Virus record (IMG/VR): IMGVR_UViG_3300045988_031640
DNA length: 64,000 nucleotides
Source: a virus
Reading direction: 5' to 3' (one strand)
Shown piece after piece: positions 1 to 9,082 of this stretch. Made by a program: the position numbers and the translations under genes. Within the stretch, counting starts at the first letter, position 1, and every line of letters begins with the position of its first letter. The notes under the pieces are model-generated. The model saw nothing but the letters and a program-made list of their open reading frames with translations. It had not been told where the DNA came from and did no database searches.

Positions 1-1
1 A

Positions 2-139
2 TTAGCAGCAGAGTATAAAGATAAGCAATACGGTAACGTATTTGATTGGCTTGATGTAACAGCCACTGTAGTAGGGGGTATGTTTGGACAAGCAGCACAG
101 TTATTGTTAATGTTAGGAATGTATAAGATATTTAAGTAA
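2..139 (+). CDS. C-terminal end of a phage membrane protein (5' truncated by window)
   Basis: Frame 2 reads LAAEYKDKQYGNVFDWLDVTATVVGGMFGQAAQLLLMLGMYKIFK then TAA at 137-139; hydrophobic C-terminus; directly followed by a terminator hairpin. Confidence 0.55.
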   Translation, partial: LAAEYKDKQYGNVFDWLDVTATVVGGMFGQAAQLLLMLGMYKIFK

Positions 140-142
140 TAT

Positions 143-174
143 AAACCCAGGGTGATTAAGTTCATTCTGGGTTT
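143..174 (+). terminator. Intrinsic terminator hairpin
   Basis: 8-bp stem AAACCCAG / CTGGGTTT followed by a T-rich tract, right after a TAA stop. Confidence 0.8.
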
Positions 175-730
175 TATTTTGCCTATAAGGGAGAACCCTT
201 TTCTTTCTTTATATATTTCTTTCTTTTAGGAGAGGGTTTAGCTAAGCTTATATAGACTATATAAACTATATATACTTACTGTACCCTAATCTCTTTTCTT
301 TTGCTACTTTTCTTTCTCTATTAGACGGCATAGATTGCCTATATTTCACAAACGAGCTCATATAAGCCTCTGTAAGCCATTATAATTGATCAGATGGATA
401 AGTTATCCAGAACATCTATTATAACGCGTCAGAGAGCCTATAAATAGCCTTAAATCGAATGTATGATATTTTATCCAGTTTGAGATAAATAAAAATTTTA
501 TTTTTTTATTATATTTCAAATGTGTTTTATGTGTGCAGAAATGCGAAATGTATAAATTTTTTATTTTTTTAAAGTTATATTGCGCGTATGAAAATGCGAA
601 ACAATAATTTTTTTTGGATTTTTTGTTGTGAGAGCGCAGAAATCTGAAACAGCAATAAATCAGACCCCTATATCCTCTATCGGTAGGAAAGACCCCCTAC
701 ACGAAACACGCAACGTTTGTGTGTGGGTAA
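175..730. promoter_or_regulatory. AT-rich intergenic regulatory region upstream of the early module
   Basis: No supported ORF over ~560 nt; long A/T tracts and repeated 'gcagaaatgcgaaa'-like words before the first early gene. Confidence 0.45.
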
Positions 731-1225
731 TTGGCAAACAATGTTATGAATATAAAGAAAGTAAAAGACTTTTCAGCGTCTAAGCCTTATGTTGTTGTAT
801 CTGATACAAAGAGTAATAACCCTTTGCTTGCTGGTTCATTCGTTAATACAACGGGGGACTACGTTGCTACATTCGATATTAGCCGTGTTTGTCCAAAGTT
901 TTTCGAGGACGAGGACAATGTGGATTTAGAAGCCGCTTTCGCTGCTTTTAAAAAACTTGTAAAAGAAAATAAAGACAATTTCGTTTGTCTTGATTTTTCA
1001 ATTAGCGAGTTGAGTGGCGGTGTTTGTAGTCGTGTTCTTATTGTGTCAACAGGTAGAGAGATGACAGTACGCCGTGTGTTGTCTTTGTTGTCAAGAGAAG
1101 AAACGCTACCAAGTGTAAAGGCAAACTTTGACACAGCGGTATCAAAAGGTCGTTACAAGTATGTTGTACCAAACGCAACTATTGAAGACGAGGAAGAAAC
1201 TGAAGATGAGGGTGAGGAGGTATAA
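731..1225 (+). CDS. Hypothetical early protein, acidic C-terminus
   Basis: 164-aa ORF, intact start and TAA stop. Confidence 0.7.
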   Translation: MANNVMNIKKVKDFSASKPYVVVSDTKSNNPLLAGSFVNTTGDYVATFDISRVCPKFFEDEDNVDLEAAFAAFKKLVKENKDNFVCLDFSISELSGGVCSRVLIVSTGREMTVRRVLSLLSREETLPSVKANFDTAVSKGRYKYVVPNATIEDEEETEDEGEEV

Positions 1226-1571
1226 CCTCCCACCCCTTTTTTAACTATTCGTAACACTGATTAGAAATAGAAAAGGTTAATATATAGCCTTTTACTATAA
1301 ATATTCTTATACACATAAGAGTATTTCATAAAAAGGGGAACAACCCATCTTGGTGAAGGTAAACCAAGAATGCGTTTTACACAACGTATCTTTATCCACA
1401 TATTATACATAATGCACTATGTATAATATAGATGGGACACTATTTTTACAGAATAGTGCAAATACTACGTTACTACATAGCATGCGATGTAATAAATTAG
1501 TAGTTAGATTTAGGTAGTATGAAAGCTCGCGTATTACCTAAATCCCTAACCTTGGTAAATCATGGAGCTTC

Positions 1572-2051
1572 ATGTATACTGAAGTGCAAATCAGTATTTT
1601 AACGCTACATAGTAGCTGTTGGGCGCTCATCTGTAACGGAGAAACGTATGTTAATATAACATGCGGCTGGTTCGACTCCAGGAGCGCCTTCTATTATTTA
1701 AAACAAAAAGTTATGGAAAAGATTAAAGACCAAGAAAATCGACTCTACATGTTATTAGCGTTGATTACAGCATTCTTTGCAGGAGTGTTATTTGTGCTTA
1801 TCATTGTTATGGGTATTGGTAAATGCCATATAATCAATGATTTAGAGTATGCTAACTACAAAACTCTCGAATATAAAGAGAGTTTATGTAATGCATACTA
1901 CAACTATTTCAACAATGTTGAAGCTATGTTGGATAGTGTGAAAATCGAAGATTCCCCATACATAGAGTCAGATACAGGCTCTAAGTATTTAAACAGTGTT
2001 AAAACCGTTAAAGGTCTTTTAGACCAAGAGGAGAATTGCGATAAATACTAA
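1572..2051 (+). CDS. Hypothetical membrane protein
   Basis: 159-aa ORF with TM segment LYMLLALITAFFAGVLFVLIIVMGIG; the true start may be internal (MEKIKDQENR). Confidence 0.5.
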   Translation: MYTEVQISILTLHSSCWALICNGETYVNITCGWFDSRSAFYYLKQKVMEKIKDQENRLYMLLALITAFFAGVLFVLIIVMGIGKCHIINDLEYANYKTLEYKESLCNAYYNYFNNVEAMLDSVKIEDSPYIESDTGSKYLNSVKTVKGLLDQEENCDKY

Positions 2052-2226
2052 CAGAAAGCTACCAGCTGTAAAGAGGTAGCAAAGAAAAAGACAAGATGGA
2101 GAGTCTCTGTACTTCAGTTCTATAACCATCATTTGTTGTCAGCCCCTGTGTGAATAATAGTAACACTTATAGGAACTGTCTGGAGTGCTCACGAAAGTGA
2201 GAATATGCACATTAAATTAAATCCTT

Positions 2227-2421
2227 GTGCAAGGTAAATGTATGGAAGATTTTATTATCTTTTCAAACACATGTGGTGGTAACACTGCAATTCGTAAATC
2301 AGAAATCGCTGTCATTCATGAAGATGATGATGAAGAAGTAACTTCAATAGCGTTAAAGGATGGTATCGAATATGATACACACGAAACGTTCAATTCTATC
2401 ATCTCAAAACTCACAAAGTAA
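2227..2421 (+). CDS. Hypothetical protein
   Basis: 64-aa ORF; stop overlaps the next start. Confidence 0.5.
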   Translation: MQGKCMEDFIIFSNTCGGNTAIRKSEIAVIHEDDDEEVTSIALKDGIEYDTHETFNSIISKLTK

Positions 2422-2777
2422 TGGGACAGAGTAATTATGAAGAGTTCTTGAAGGCTGCAGATGCAGCTGCAAGAAAGGTGCATAAATCAAACGCTAAGCA
2501 CCAAGTAGTTAATCATGTATGGAGTTCTGAAAAGAATAAGTATGTGAAAGTAAAACGTTATCGTGCAAAGTCAGCAATGACAAAGCATGAAGAGCGTGAG
2601 TTCTTTGGCCATCCATTCACATTCAAGAAAAACATTGTGTTAGTCAACAAGGAAGACGTAACTCTGCTATTTGATAAGAATTGGCAGCTTTGTGAACTAT
2701 TCCCTATACGTGAAGACACAAAGGAATTTCTTGATGCTCATCGTGGTCAACCTTATCAGTTTTTTGTAGATGATTAA
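2421..2777 (+). CDS. Hypothetical protein
   Basis: 118-aa ORF in a tightly packed gene string. Confidence 0.65.
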   Translation: MGQSNYEEFLKAADAAARKVHKSNAKHQVVNHVWSSEKNKYVKVKRYRAKSAMTKHEEREFFGHPFTFKKNIVLVNKEDVTLLFDKNWQLCELFPIREDTKEFLDAHRGQPYQFFVDD

Positions 2778-3147
2778 GTTATCATACGCTGAGTCTTTAG
2801 CTTTCAAGAAAATGGGCTTCAAAGAGAAAACAGACGGATATTTTGTAGTAAAAGTACCAATTGATGTTTGTTGCCCAGATAATTGGAACAATAAAGGCGA
2901 AGGTTTTGTAGCTATGCTAAATGTATATCAAGCTGTTGAATTCTTATCAGCTAAAAAAGGAATATACATTAGCATTTCAGTTCATACAAATCATGAAATG
3001 AGGAAAGCTGAATTGATGACTACTGTGACGTATACAAGGATTGGTTATATAACATGTCAAAATGAATTTGGCAATCGTTATACAACTATAGAAACAGCCT
3101 TGTATGCTGGTGTGAAGAATGTTCTGGAAACTTTAAATAAGCTTTAA
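2770..3147 (+). CDS. Hypothetical protein
   Basis: 125-aa ORF overlapping the previous gene by a few nt. Confidence 0.65.
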   Translation: MIKLSYAESLAFKKMGFKEKTDGYFVVKVPIDVCCPDNWNNKGEGFVAMLNVYQAVEFLSAKKGIYISISVHTNHEMRKAELMTTVTYTRIGYITCQNEFGNRYTTIETALYAGVKNVLETLNKL

Positions 3148-3148
3148 T

Positions 3149-3496
3149 ATGATTAAGCAAAAGGTAACAGAATATACCTCTCATTTCTTAGTAGAAACAA
3201 GATTAACTTTTACTAAGAAAGAAGCAGAAGCTTTTTATTTAGATAAAAATCTAAAGAGAAAAATAAATGCTATAATTCATCGCTATAAGCGAGGAAACAT
3301 GGAAAAACGTAATTATTCTTCACTTGTGTATAGACTTAAAGATATAAAAGATTTATCTTCGACATACATATGTGGTATAGTATTTCATGTTTATTATAAC
3401 ATTGTTTATCTTGATAGAAAGTATATCATCCTGAATAAGCAAAAAGCTTTTGCTGAAGAAATCAAAGCAAAAATCAAGGCAAGTATAGATGCTTAG
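3149..3496 (+). CDS. Hypothetical protein, TAG stop
   Basis: 115-aa ORF ending GAT GCT TAG. Confidence 0.6.
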   Translation: MIKQKVTEYTSHFLVETRLTFTKKEAEAFYLDKNLKRKINAIIHRYKRGNMEKRNYSSLVYRLKDIKDLSSTYICGIVFHVYYNIVYLDRKYIILNKQKAFAEEIKAKIKASIDA

Positions 3497-3533
3497 TTCT
3501 ATACAAAGTTAAAAACATTAAATCATTATCAAA

Positions 3534-3929
3534 ATGAACATTTTAAAGACAACTCCAAAAGGCATAGTAATTGAGACAAAGATTGGAATTAATCCAGAGT
3601 TATCAGAGAAGTTATCTAACTGTGGTTCTTACCACATGAAGGCAATCAAGAAGCAGTGCGATAAGATCGCAAGCTGGGAGATTGTGGATAACGACATCAT
3701 AAAGGATGAAGATTATCCAAAGATGGTAAAAGTAACATCTATTCCATTCAATGAAGTAGACGCCGACTGTGTCAGCACATTTGTAAAGACACAGGAGAAT
3801 CTTGTAGAAACTGTTCTTAAGGCAGAGTCTATGAGTTTGATGATCGACAGAGCGGTGGATTGCGTTAATCGTGTATTCAAAGCAATGCTCGATACGTCTT
3901 TTACACCAGACGAGTATGCAGAAAACTAA
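3534..3929 (+). CDS. Hypothetical protein
   Basis: 131-aa ORF preceded immediately by the recurrent leader CATTATCAAA. Confidence 0.65.
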   Translation: MNILKTTPKGIVIETKIGINPELSEKLSNCGSYHMKAIKKQCDKIASWEIVDNDIIKDEDYPKMVKVTSIPFNEVDADCVSTFVKTQENLVETVLKAESMSLMIDRAVDCVNRVFKAMLDTSFTPDEYAEN

Positions 3930-4152
3930 GGTCCATATAAAAAACCAACAGCATCAACAGCGGAAAGACAAATCCGCTGTAGATGAGGTTGGGAATAAGA
4001 GATTTCGGTTATTCTTCAAGTCTGGAGGAGCAAGTATTCTTGTAGCTAAAGGGTTAACAAAGAATGAGGTTTATATTCTTACTAAACAGTTTGAAAATAA
4101 TCTCAAGAATTACGACTCTAAGCTCGAAGGAGTGTGGTTATCAGTAAAATAG
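3916..4152 (+). CDS. Hypothetical protein, TAG stop
   Basis: Internal ATG (MQKTKVHIKN...) gives a short overlap with the previous ORF; ends AAA TAG. Confidence 0.5.
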   Translation: MQKTKVHIKNQQHQQRKDKSAVDEVGNKRFRLFFKSGGASILVAKGLTKNEVYILTKQFENNLKNYDSKLEGVWLSVK

Positions 4153-4197
4153 CAAATGTAAGTGCTTGTCTTACATAACATTTAAAACATTATCAAA

Positions 4198-4593
4198 ATG
4201 ATTCCAAGTTACAATAAACCAAGTAACAATGATGGATTTGAGAAAGTCTTATTCATCTTATTTATAGCTATGCTATTCTTTGGCATCGCTGTAAAATGTA
4301 GTGCACAAAAAGTGCAACAGAAAGCTGTGTATGACACAGTAATGTGTGATCAAGCTTGTATTCAGAAATATGTACAAATCCCTAACGAAAAGACAGGGAA
4401 AGTACGTATCTTTGCTGTATACAAAGATTCTAAGCACAACGTGAATGAGCTTATTAACGTGTCAGAAAGTACATATGATTACATTCAGACATGTAAGACC
4501 TATGGGATTCCTGCCCAATTAGGTATTAAGCTCAGAAACGGTGCTATCCAGAGTGTTATTCGCATTAAAACAATCATAACTGTAAGGCGATGA
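4198..4593 (+). CDS. Hypothetical membrane-anchored protein
   Basis: 131-aa ORF with N-terminal TM segment VLFILFIAMLFFGIAV; leader CATTATCAAA abuts ATG. Confidence 0.6.
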   Translation: MIPSYNKPSNNDGFEKVLFILFIAMLFFGIAVKCSAQKVQQKAVYDTVMCDQACIQKYVQIPNEKTGKVRIFAVYKDSKHNVNELINVSESTYDYIQTCKTYGIPAQLGIKLRNGAIQSVIRIKTIITVRR

Positions 4594-5039
4594 ACGATGG
4601 AATAAAGAAAGGTGTAGCGGTGTACCGTAAGAACAAATACGGTCACCTCTACAACATATTTCTCGTTGAAGGTACGCGCGGAGATAAAATCCTTGCTAAA
4701 ACCTTAAACGGGCGTAAAATAACATTAGAAAGAAATGATTTTTATCCAGTAAAAATTCCAAGTTTGAGAATATCAAAGGAGGAAATGGATAAAGTTATAG
4801 CTGGTGCTAGAGTCTTTAATCACAATATTACACAATCGTGGGTTGATGTAGTAGAAGGATTTAAAGAAAAACAATTTGAAATTATAAGACTAACACATGC
4901 AAATAGAAAAGTGTATGTGATGTTAGAGTCCATTAACAGATCTGTTAAGAATAAGATTGTGAAAGAAAGCGCAAATGGAATTCTAACTAAACAGATCTTT
5001 TCTATTAGATGCGCCATTTGGAATATCATATTTGAATGA
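4590..5039 (+). CDS. Hypothetical protein
   Basis: 149-aa ORF, 4-nt overlap with its upstream neighbour. Confidence 0.6.
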   Translation: MNDGIKKGVAVYRKNKYGHLYNIFLVEGTRGDKILAKTLNGRKITLERNDFYPVKIPSLRISKEEMDKVIAGARVFNHNITQSWVDVVEGFKEKQFEIIRLTHANRKVYVMLESINRSVKNKIVKESANGILTKQIFSIRCAIWNIIFE

Positions 5040-5224
5040 AAATTCCAAAACCAGGCCAATTTTGCACAATAAACAATGTAGTTTACAGAGCTTATAAGGC
5101 AAAAGATGGCTGTAAGGGATGCGCTTTCAACAATCTGTTTTCATGTTTAGGTATAATAGATGGTAAAACAGGTAGAGCTAAAATGGACTGCAAGTATAGT
5201 CATATAATCTTTAAAAAAGTATGA
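5036..5224 (+). CDS. Small Cys-rich protein
   Basis: 62-aa ORF with CKGCAFNNLFSC...C, possible metal-binding arrangement. Confidence 0.5.
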   Translation: MKIPKPGQFCTINNVVYRAYKAKDGCKGCAFNNLFSCLGIIDGKTGRAKMDCKYSHIIFKKV

Positions 5225-5753
5225 AGTTGTTAAAACTATCATCAGTTATAAGAATAATTATTTCAATCTTAATTTTGTATTTGATAGAAAATGGTATGAT
5301 AATAAGCAGATTTAATATTGCAATAATAATACTATGCTTTATCGAATTGACATTAGATCTTTGTTACATTGTAATAAACTTAAGTATCAAAGAGTAACCC
5401 CAAAGTGTAGAGTATTAGCATCAAACTAATGCTCTACATGTACATTTAATGCAACCTACGCCTCCGAAGTACAAGGAGAGTACGACTGGTCCCAAGTCCA
5501 GGATGAAAGATGCAGAGGGGATGTACATTTAAGTGCACGCTTATCAAGAGCGCGATGCTGAGTATCGAAAACTCCGTGCACTACCAAACTTTTTGTTTTT
5601 ATATAATTGTTATTTTGTTCGATTAAATGAGTGTTGTGAAACACCCTCCCATTCTTATTTGGTTTGGAATGTCATAATTGAAGTTTAGTTAGACACAAAT
5701 GGTAATAGCGATTATCAAAAAGACACACTTGCTTGTGAAAGTAGGTGTGACAC

Positions 5754-5825
5754 GGCTTTATAGCTTAATTGGTGAGAGCGCCCCGCGTTAGTGGGGAGGT
5801 ATAGGGTCGGAGCCTATTGAAGCTA
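5754..5825 (+). tRNA. tRNA or tRNA-like element, isotype uncertain (possibly Asn)
   Basis: 7-bp acceptor GGCTTTA/TGAAGCT, D-arm GCTT-AATTGGTGA-GAGC, 4-bp CCCC/GGGG anticodon stem with atypical loop GCGTTAGT, T-stem ATAGG/CCTAT with atypical loop GTCGGAG. Confidence 0.5.
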
Positions 5826-5898
5826 CATTAATTCATTTGCATAATTTATAAAATTGTGATTTGCAGTATGCATGGTCTGTGAAGATAGTGCATATTAT

Positions 5899-5970
5899 GG
5901 CCTATTCGTCTATCGGTTAGGACACAAGATTTTCATTCTTGTAAGAGCGGTTCGACTCCGCTATAGGCTA
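5899..5970 (+). tRNA. tRNA-Glu (UUC)
   Basis: Cloverleaf: acceptor GGCCTAT/ATAGGCT, D-arm GTCT...GGAC, anticodon arm CAAGA-TTTTCAT-TCTTG (anticodon TTC), T-arm AGCGG-TTCGACT-CCGCT. Confidence 0.93.
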
Positions 5971-6042
5971 CTATAAGTTTTTTCCAAGTTCTTTAAAAAC
6001 TGGGCAATTAATTTATGTTAAATCCAATAAAACATTATCAAA

Positions 6043-6492
6043 ATGGAAAAATGGATTAAAGGGGTTTTGGCAGCATCATTTATGCTGTTTGCAGCCACCC
6101 TTGGCTTAACTGCCTTAACAAGCTGCAATCATGAGAGTGGCAACAGGAAAATCAAGAATTCAGATTCTGCTTTTGTGGTTGGAATTGTTGAAAAGTACTG
6201 TCACCCAGAGATGTCTACTGTTGACGAGGCTATAATGCTTCAGCAACAGATGTCAATGGATGCTGATTATGAACGTGTGTTTATCAACATGCCGCCGAAA
6301 ACATTAGAGGCAGTAGTTCATGTAATGACACACAAGAATAACGCATCTACATTTACGATTAAAGATATTGCTCAAGAGTATTTATCAAGTCAGAAAGTAT
6401 ATGACAATCTGCCTGGTAATGAGCAAGAATCCGATGTGGTCTCGAAACCAAAAGTGCTTGACGAACCCGATAGTATAGGAGGAGGAAAGTAG
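6043..6492 (+). CDS. Putative phage-encoded lipoprotein, TAG stop
   Basis: 149-aa ORF with signal peptide and lipobox-like LTALTSC; CATTATCAAA leader; ends GGA GGA AAG TAG 1 nt before the next ATG. Confidence 0.65.
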   Translation: MEKWIKGVLAASFMLFAATLGLTALTSCNHESGNRKIKNSDSAFVVGIVEKYCHPEMSTVDEAIMLQQQMSMDADYERVFINMPPKTLEAVVHVMTHKNNASTFTIKDIAQEYLSSQKVYDNLPGNEQESDVVSKPKVLDEPDSIGGGK

Positions 6493-6493
6493 C

Positions 6494-6934
6494 ATGGAGA
6501 CAAGAGCTATCGTAATTCTCTATGAGGGAAACAAAGTACCTGAAAAGGTATTGATGAAATTTGCTCAGATTCTTCGTAAGGAGAAGATTGCAAGTGATCG
6601 TGACATCAGTATTTCAGAGCTTAATCAGAGTGATATTTCAAAGACTTTAGCGAAAGCTAAAGCTGCAGAATCTATTACATTTAAGTATGTAGTAGAGAAA
6701 GATCCTACTGAGCAGGCTATGATCTACCTGAAAGGTTATTTCGGTGACGAGATCTGGATGAATCCAGTATTGTTTGGAGTTAACCTTATGGGTGTAAAAA
6801 CCTCTCTTACAGAAGAGGGTAAAACCGCTCTACGCATATTATGTAGAGACAACATCTCTTCAGATGTTTCTTTGAAGTACAATTTTACAACCGCTCACTT
6901 GACAGCTATTAAAGCCGTCGTAACATCAATGTAA
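6494..6934 (+). CDS. Hypothetical protein
   Basis: 146-aa ORF. Confidence 0.65.
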   Translation: METRAIVILYEGNKVPEKVLMKFAQILRKEKIASDRDISISELNQSDISKTLAKAKAAESITFKYVVEKDPTEQAMIYLKGYFGDEIWMNPVLFGVNLMGVKTSLTEEGKTALRILCRDNISSDVSLKYNFTTAHLTAIKAVVTSM

Positions 6935-7065
6935 TGAAACACTATGATGATCACCATATGGTGGTAGAGAAAGAGAGTAAAAGAACAGAACGTGCAAGAC
7001 ATATTAATGCAAGACCATACAAACGTTCTAAGTACAAACACAAAAACTACGAAGAGGATGTATAA
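6934..7065 (+). CDS. Small basic/His-rich protein
   Basis: Manually read 43-aa ORF MKHYDDHHMVVEKESKRTERARHINARPYKRSKYKHKNYEEDV, overlapping both neighbours. Confidence 0.4.
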   Translation: MKHYDDHHMVVEKESKRTERARHINARPYKRSKYKHKNYEEDV

Positions 7066-7276
7066 GGTAGAACTTTGGAGCCGTAATTCTCATGGTAACA
7101 AAAAAGACCTGATTTCAACATCTTTGTATCCTACAAAGGAAGAAGCTGATGCTGCGAGAATAGTCTTAATAAGACTATCTCGTGGCAGAACATTCGTCCC
7201 AATAGATGCAGAATGTGTGAAATTAGGCAGGCCAGAAGTGGCTATTTTCAACGAAACTAACTATATTGTTTGTTAG
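7058..7276 (+). CDS. Hypothetical protein, TAG stop
   Basis: Internal start MYKVELWSRNSHG within the 6992..7276 ORF; ends TGT TAG. Confidence 0.5.
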   Translation: MYKVELWSRNSHGNKKDLISTSLYPTKEEADAARIVLIRLSRGRTFVPIDAECVKLGRPEVAIFNETNYIVC

Positions 7277-7318
7277 AATCGTTTAACATAATATTAATTT
7301 TTTAAAATCATTATCAAA

Positions 7319-7765
7319 ATGGCAAAAGAGACAAAGAAACCAGCAAGCACTGCAGTAGCAGTAACAGAAGACAACGTGATGGATCAGATCAAGAATGGCA
7401 ATATCTTGGCTGAAGCTAACGTCAAAGCAGCTATTGAAGAGATTCAGAAGCAGAAGGACGAAAAGCAGAAGAAAGAGGCTATGGATATGATCTGTAGAGC
7501 TAAGTATCTGAACAACAAGGCTCTTCTTGAGCTTCGTGCACGTCGTCGTGAAGAGAAGAACAACAAGGAATACCTCACCGAAACGAAGAATATCCTTGAT
7601 GAGGTGCTTGGTGGTAAGATTACTCCTATAGAGTACAAGAAGAAGTGTGAAGATCTGCGCGAAGAATTCCGTAAGAAGAACCGCGAGAGTGACAAACAGC
7701 TTTCTGAGGAAATGCAGGAGCTGCGAGAGAGCTTTGAAGGCCGCTGGCAGTATTGGTGGGATTAA
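7319..7765 (+). CDS. Hypothetical coiled-coil protein
   Basis: 148-aa charged, helical ORF; CATTATCAAA leader directly at ATG. Confidence 0.65.
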   Translation: MAKETKKPASTAVAVTEDNVMDQIKNGNILAEANVKAAIEEIQKQKDEKQKKEAMDMICRAKYLNNKALLELRARRREEKNNKEYLTETKNILDEVLGGKITPIEYKKKCEDLREEFRKKNRESDKQLSEEMQELRESFEGRWQYWWD

Positions 7766-8235
7766 TAATCCTACGAGTGCACAATTAGCGTTGAATTAGC
7801 AGAGTCTTAGAACCAGTCTAATGGAGACTACAGATAGTTTAAAGAGATTAGTCTAACAGTGACATAATTAAGAAAACACCATCAGTGAATTAACACTGAC
7901 ACAAGAGCCTTTGAGCCATGTGCAACGCAAACTGCGAGGACACGCTGTATAATATGTCCAATTATGATCAAACAATTACAGTATGCGAACCATAGAGTCG
8001 GTGCTCCTATAAGGAATCCTCATTGGCGAGGTAAGTAGACACTGTACTGTGTATCAAGAAACAGATACATGCGAATTATACGAGAGTCTTGAACCAGTTA
8101 TATGAAACATATTTGTAAAAGCTTATAAATGCGTTTTAAAACGTTTAAACAAGTCAAGTGGATTAGCTACCCACAAGATGCGTTAGAACGCCTTAGAACG
8201 CACGTAAATAGCTTTATTCAGGATCTTTAGGATTG

Positions 8236-8545
8236 ATCACCTAAGGATTCACTAAGAAAGAAGCATATCTGTATGAGGTATACGACCAAGACGCGGGTTC
8301 GAATCCCGCCAGCTCCACTATAAACATATAGAGAGGAGGAGAATCTTGTAAGGGGACTCTTAATAGAGCAGTACGTAGATCAACCCTCCTACAATGGGGC
8401 TGTATGGTTTTGATTGGCGTGGAAGTAAATACACCTATTTAGTTAGGAAGGATACTGTATAAATTCAAATGGCAACTTTAACGTTGTTGACTATACTTGC
8501 GTAGCGTAAGTAACAGTCAGGTGGATGCGAAACCTACCAAAGTGG
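8236..8545 (+). ncRNA. ssrA: Candidate circularly permuted (two-piece) tmRNA: acceptor piece ~8236-8317, intervening segment 8318-8395, coding piece 8396-~8545
   Basis: Upstream block ends ACCAAGACGCGGGTTCGAATCCCGCCAGCTCCA (like canonical tmRNA 3' end GGACGCGGGTTCAACTCCCGCCAGCTCCACCA). Downstream block starts GGGGCTGTATGGTTTTGATTGG (like canonical tmRNA 5' end). GGGGCTG pairs with CAGCTCC over 7 bp; TTGGCGT pairs with ACG(A)CCAA as P2. Confidence 0.68.
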
Positions 8546-8554
8546 TTTAGATTC

Positions 8555-8630
8555 GGGAGAGCGCTGATATTTTAATATTAACAACGGTTTTGTGCTACTT
8601 TAATTGTGGGTTCGATTCCCACCTCTCCCA
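8555..8630 (+). ncRNA. tRNA-like element with non-canonical body
   Basis: 7-bp acceptor GGGAGAG/CTCTCCC and perfect T-arm GTGGG-TTCGATT-CCCAC, 76 nt overall, but no acceptable D or anticodon arm found by hand. Confidence 0.35.
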
Positions 8631-8635
8631 CGATT

Positions 8636-9082
8636 ATGAAGACAGGATATAAAGAGATGCTCCGTAACAGGTTACCTGATTACGTTGACTTGGCACTAAA
8701 GTGGTGTCGAGTTAAAGAGCTTTGGATTGACCATGTCTATAATTCTCAGATAAATATATACGCAGATAAACAAGAGCGTTATAATGCTACACGCATAGCT
8801 CTTGGATTATCATCTAAAGAACGTATATTTAAATTTGAGAATAGTATAGATTGGGTTTGGATTTCTGAAGAAGAAAAAGAAAGATTAAAGCCAGCTATAG
8901 GTTGGATTAACTTCTTTAAAGCAATCTTTCCGTATATTGAAAATAAATGGAAAGTAAATCTCTCGTTAGGTAAAACGGAACAGGAGTTCATTGATGAACT
9001 GTCTTCTGGATACCTAAAAACAGTTAATGATTCTGTAAAGAATAAGTTAGCAGTTTTTATTACTAATTATTTGAAAAAATGA
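8636..9082 (+). CDS. Hypothetical protein
   Basis: ORF from internal ATG (MKTGYKEMLRNRLPDYVDLALKW...); the annotated start at 8606 overlaps the tRNA-like element. Confidence 0.6.
   Translation: MKTGYKEMLRNRLPDYVDLALKWCRVKELWIDHVYNSQINIYADKQERYNATRIALGLSSKERIFKFENSIDWVWISEEEKERLKPAIGWINFFKAIFPYIENKWKVNLSLGKTEQEFIDELSSGYLKTVNDSVKNKLAVFITNYLKK

Noticed and set aside
8606-8635. Use of 8606 as the start of the following CDS (MGSIPTSPTI...)
   Set aside because: The first residues are encoded by the T-arm and acceptor of the tRNA-like element; ATG at 8636 is more plausible.
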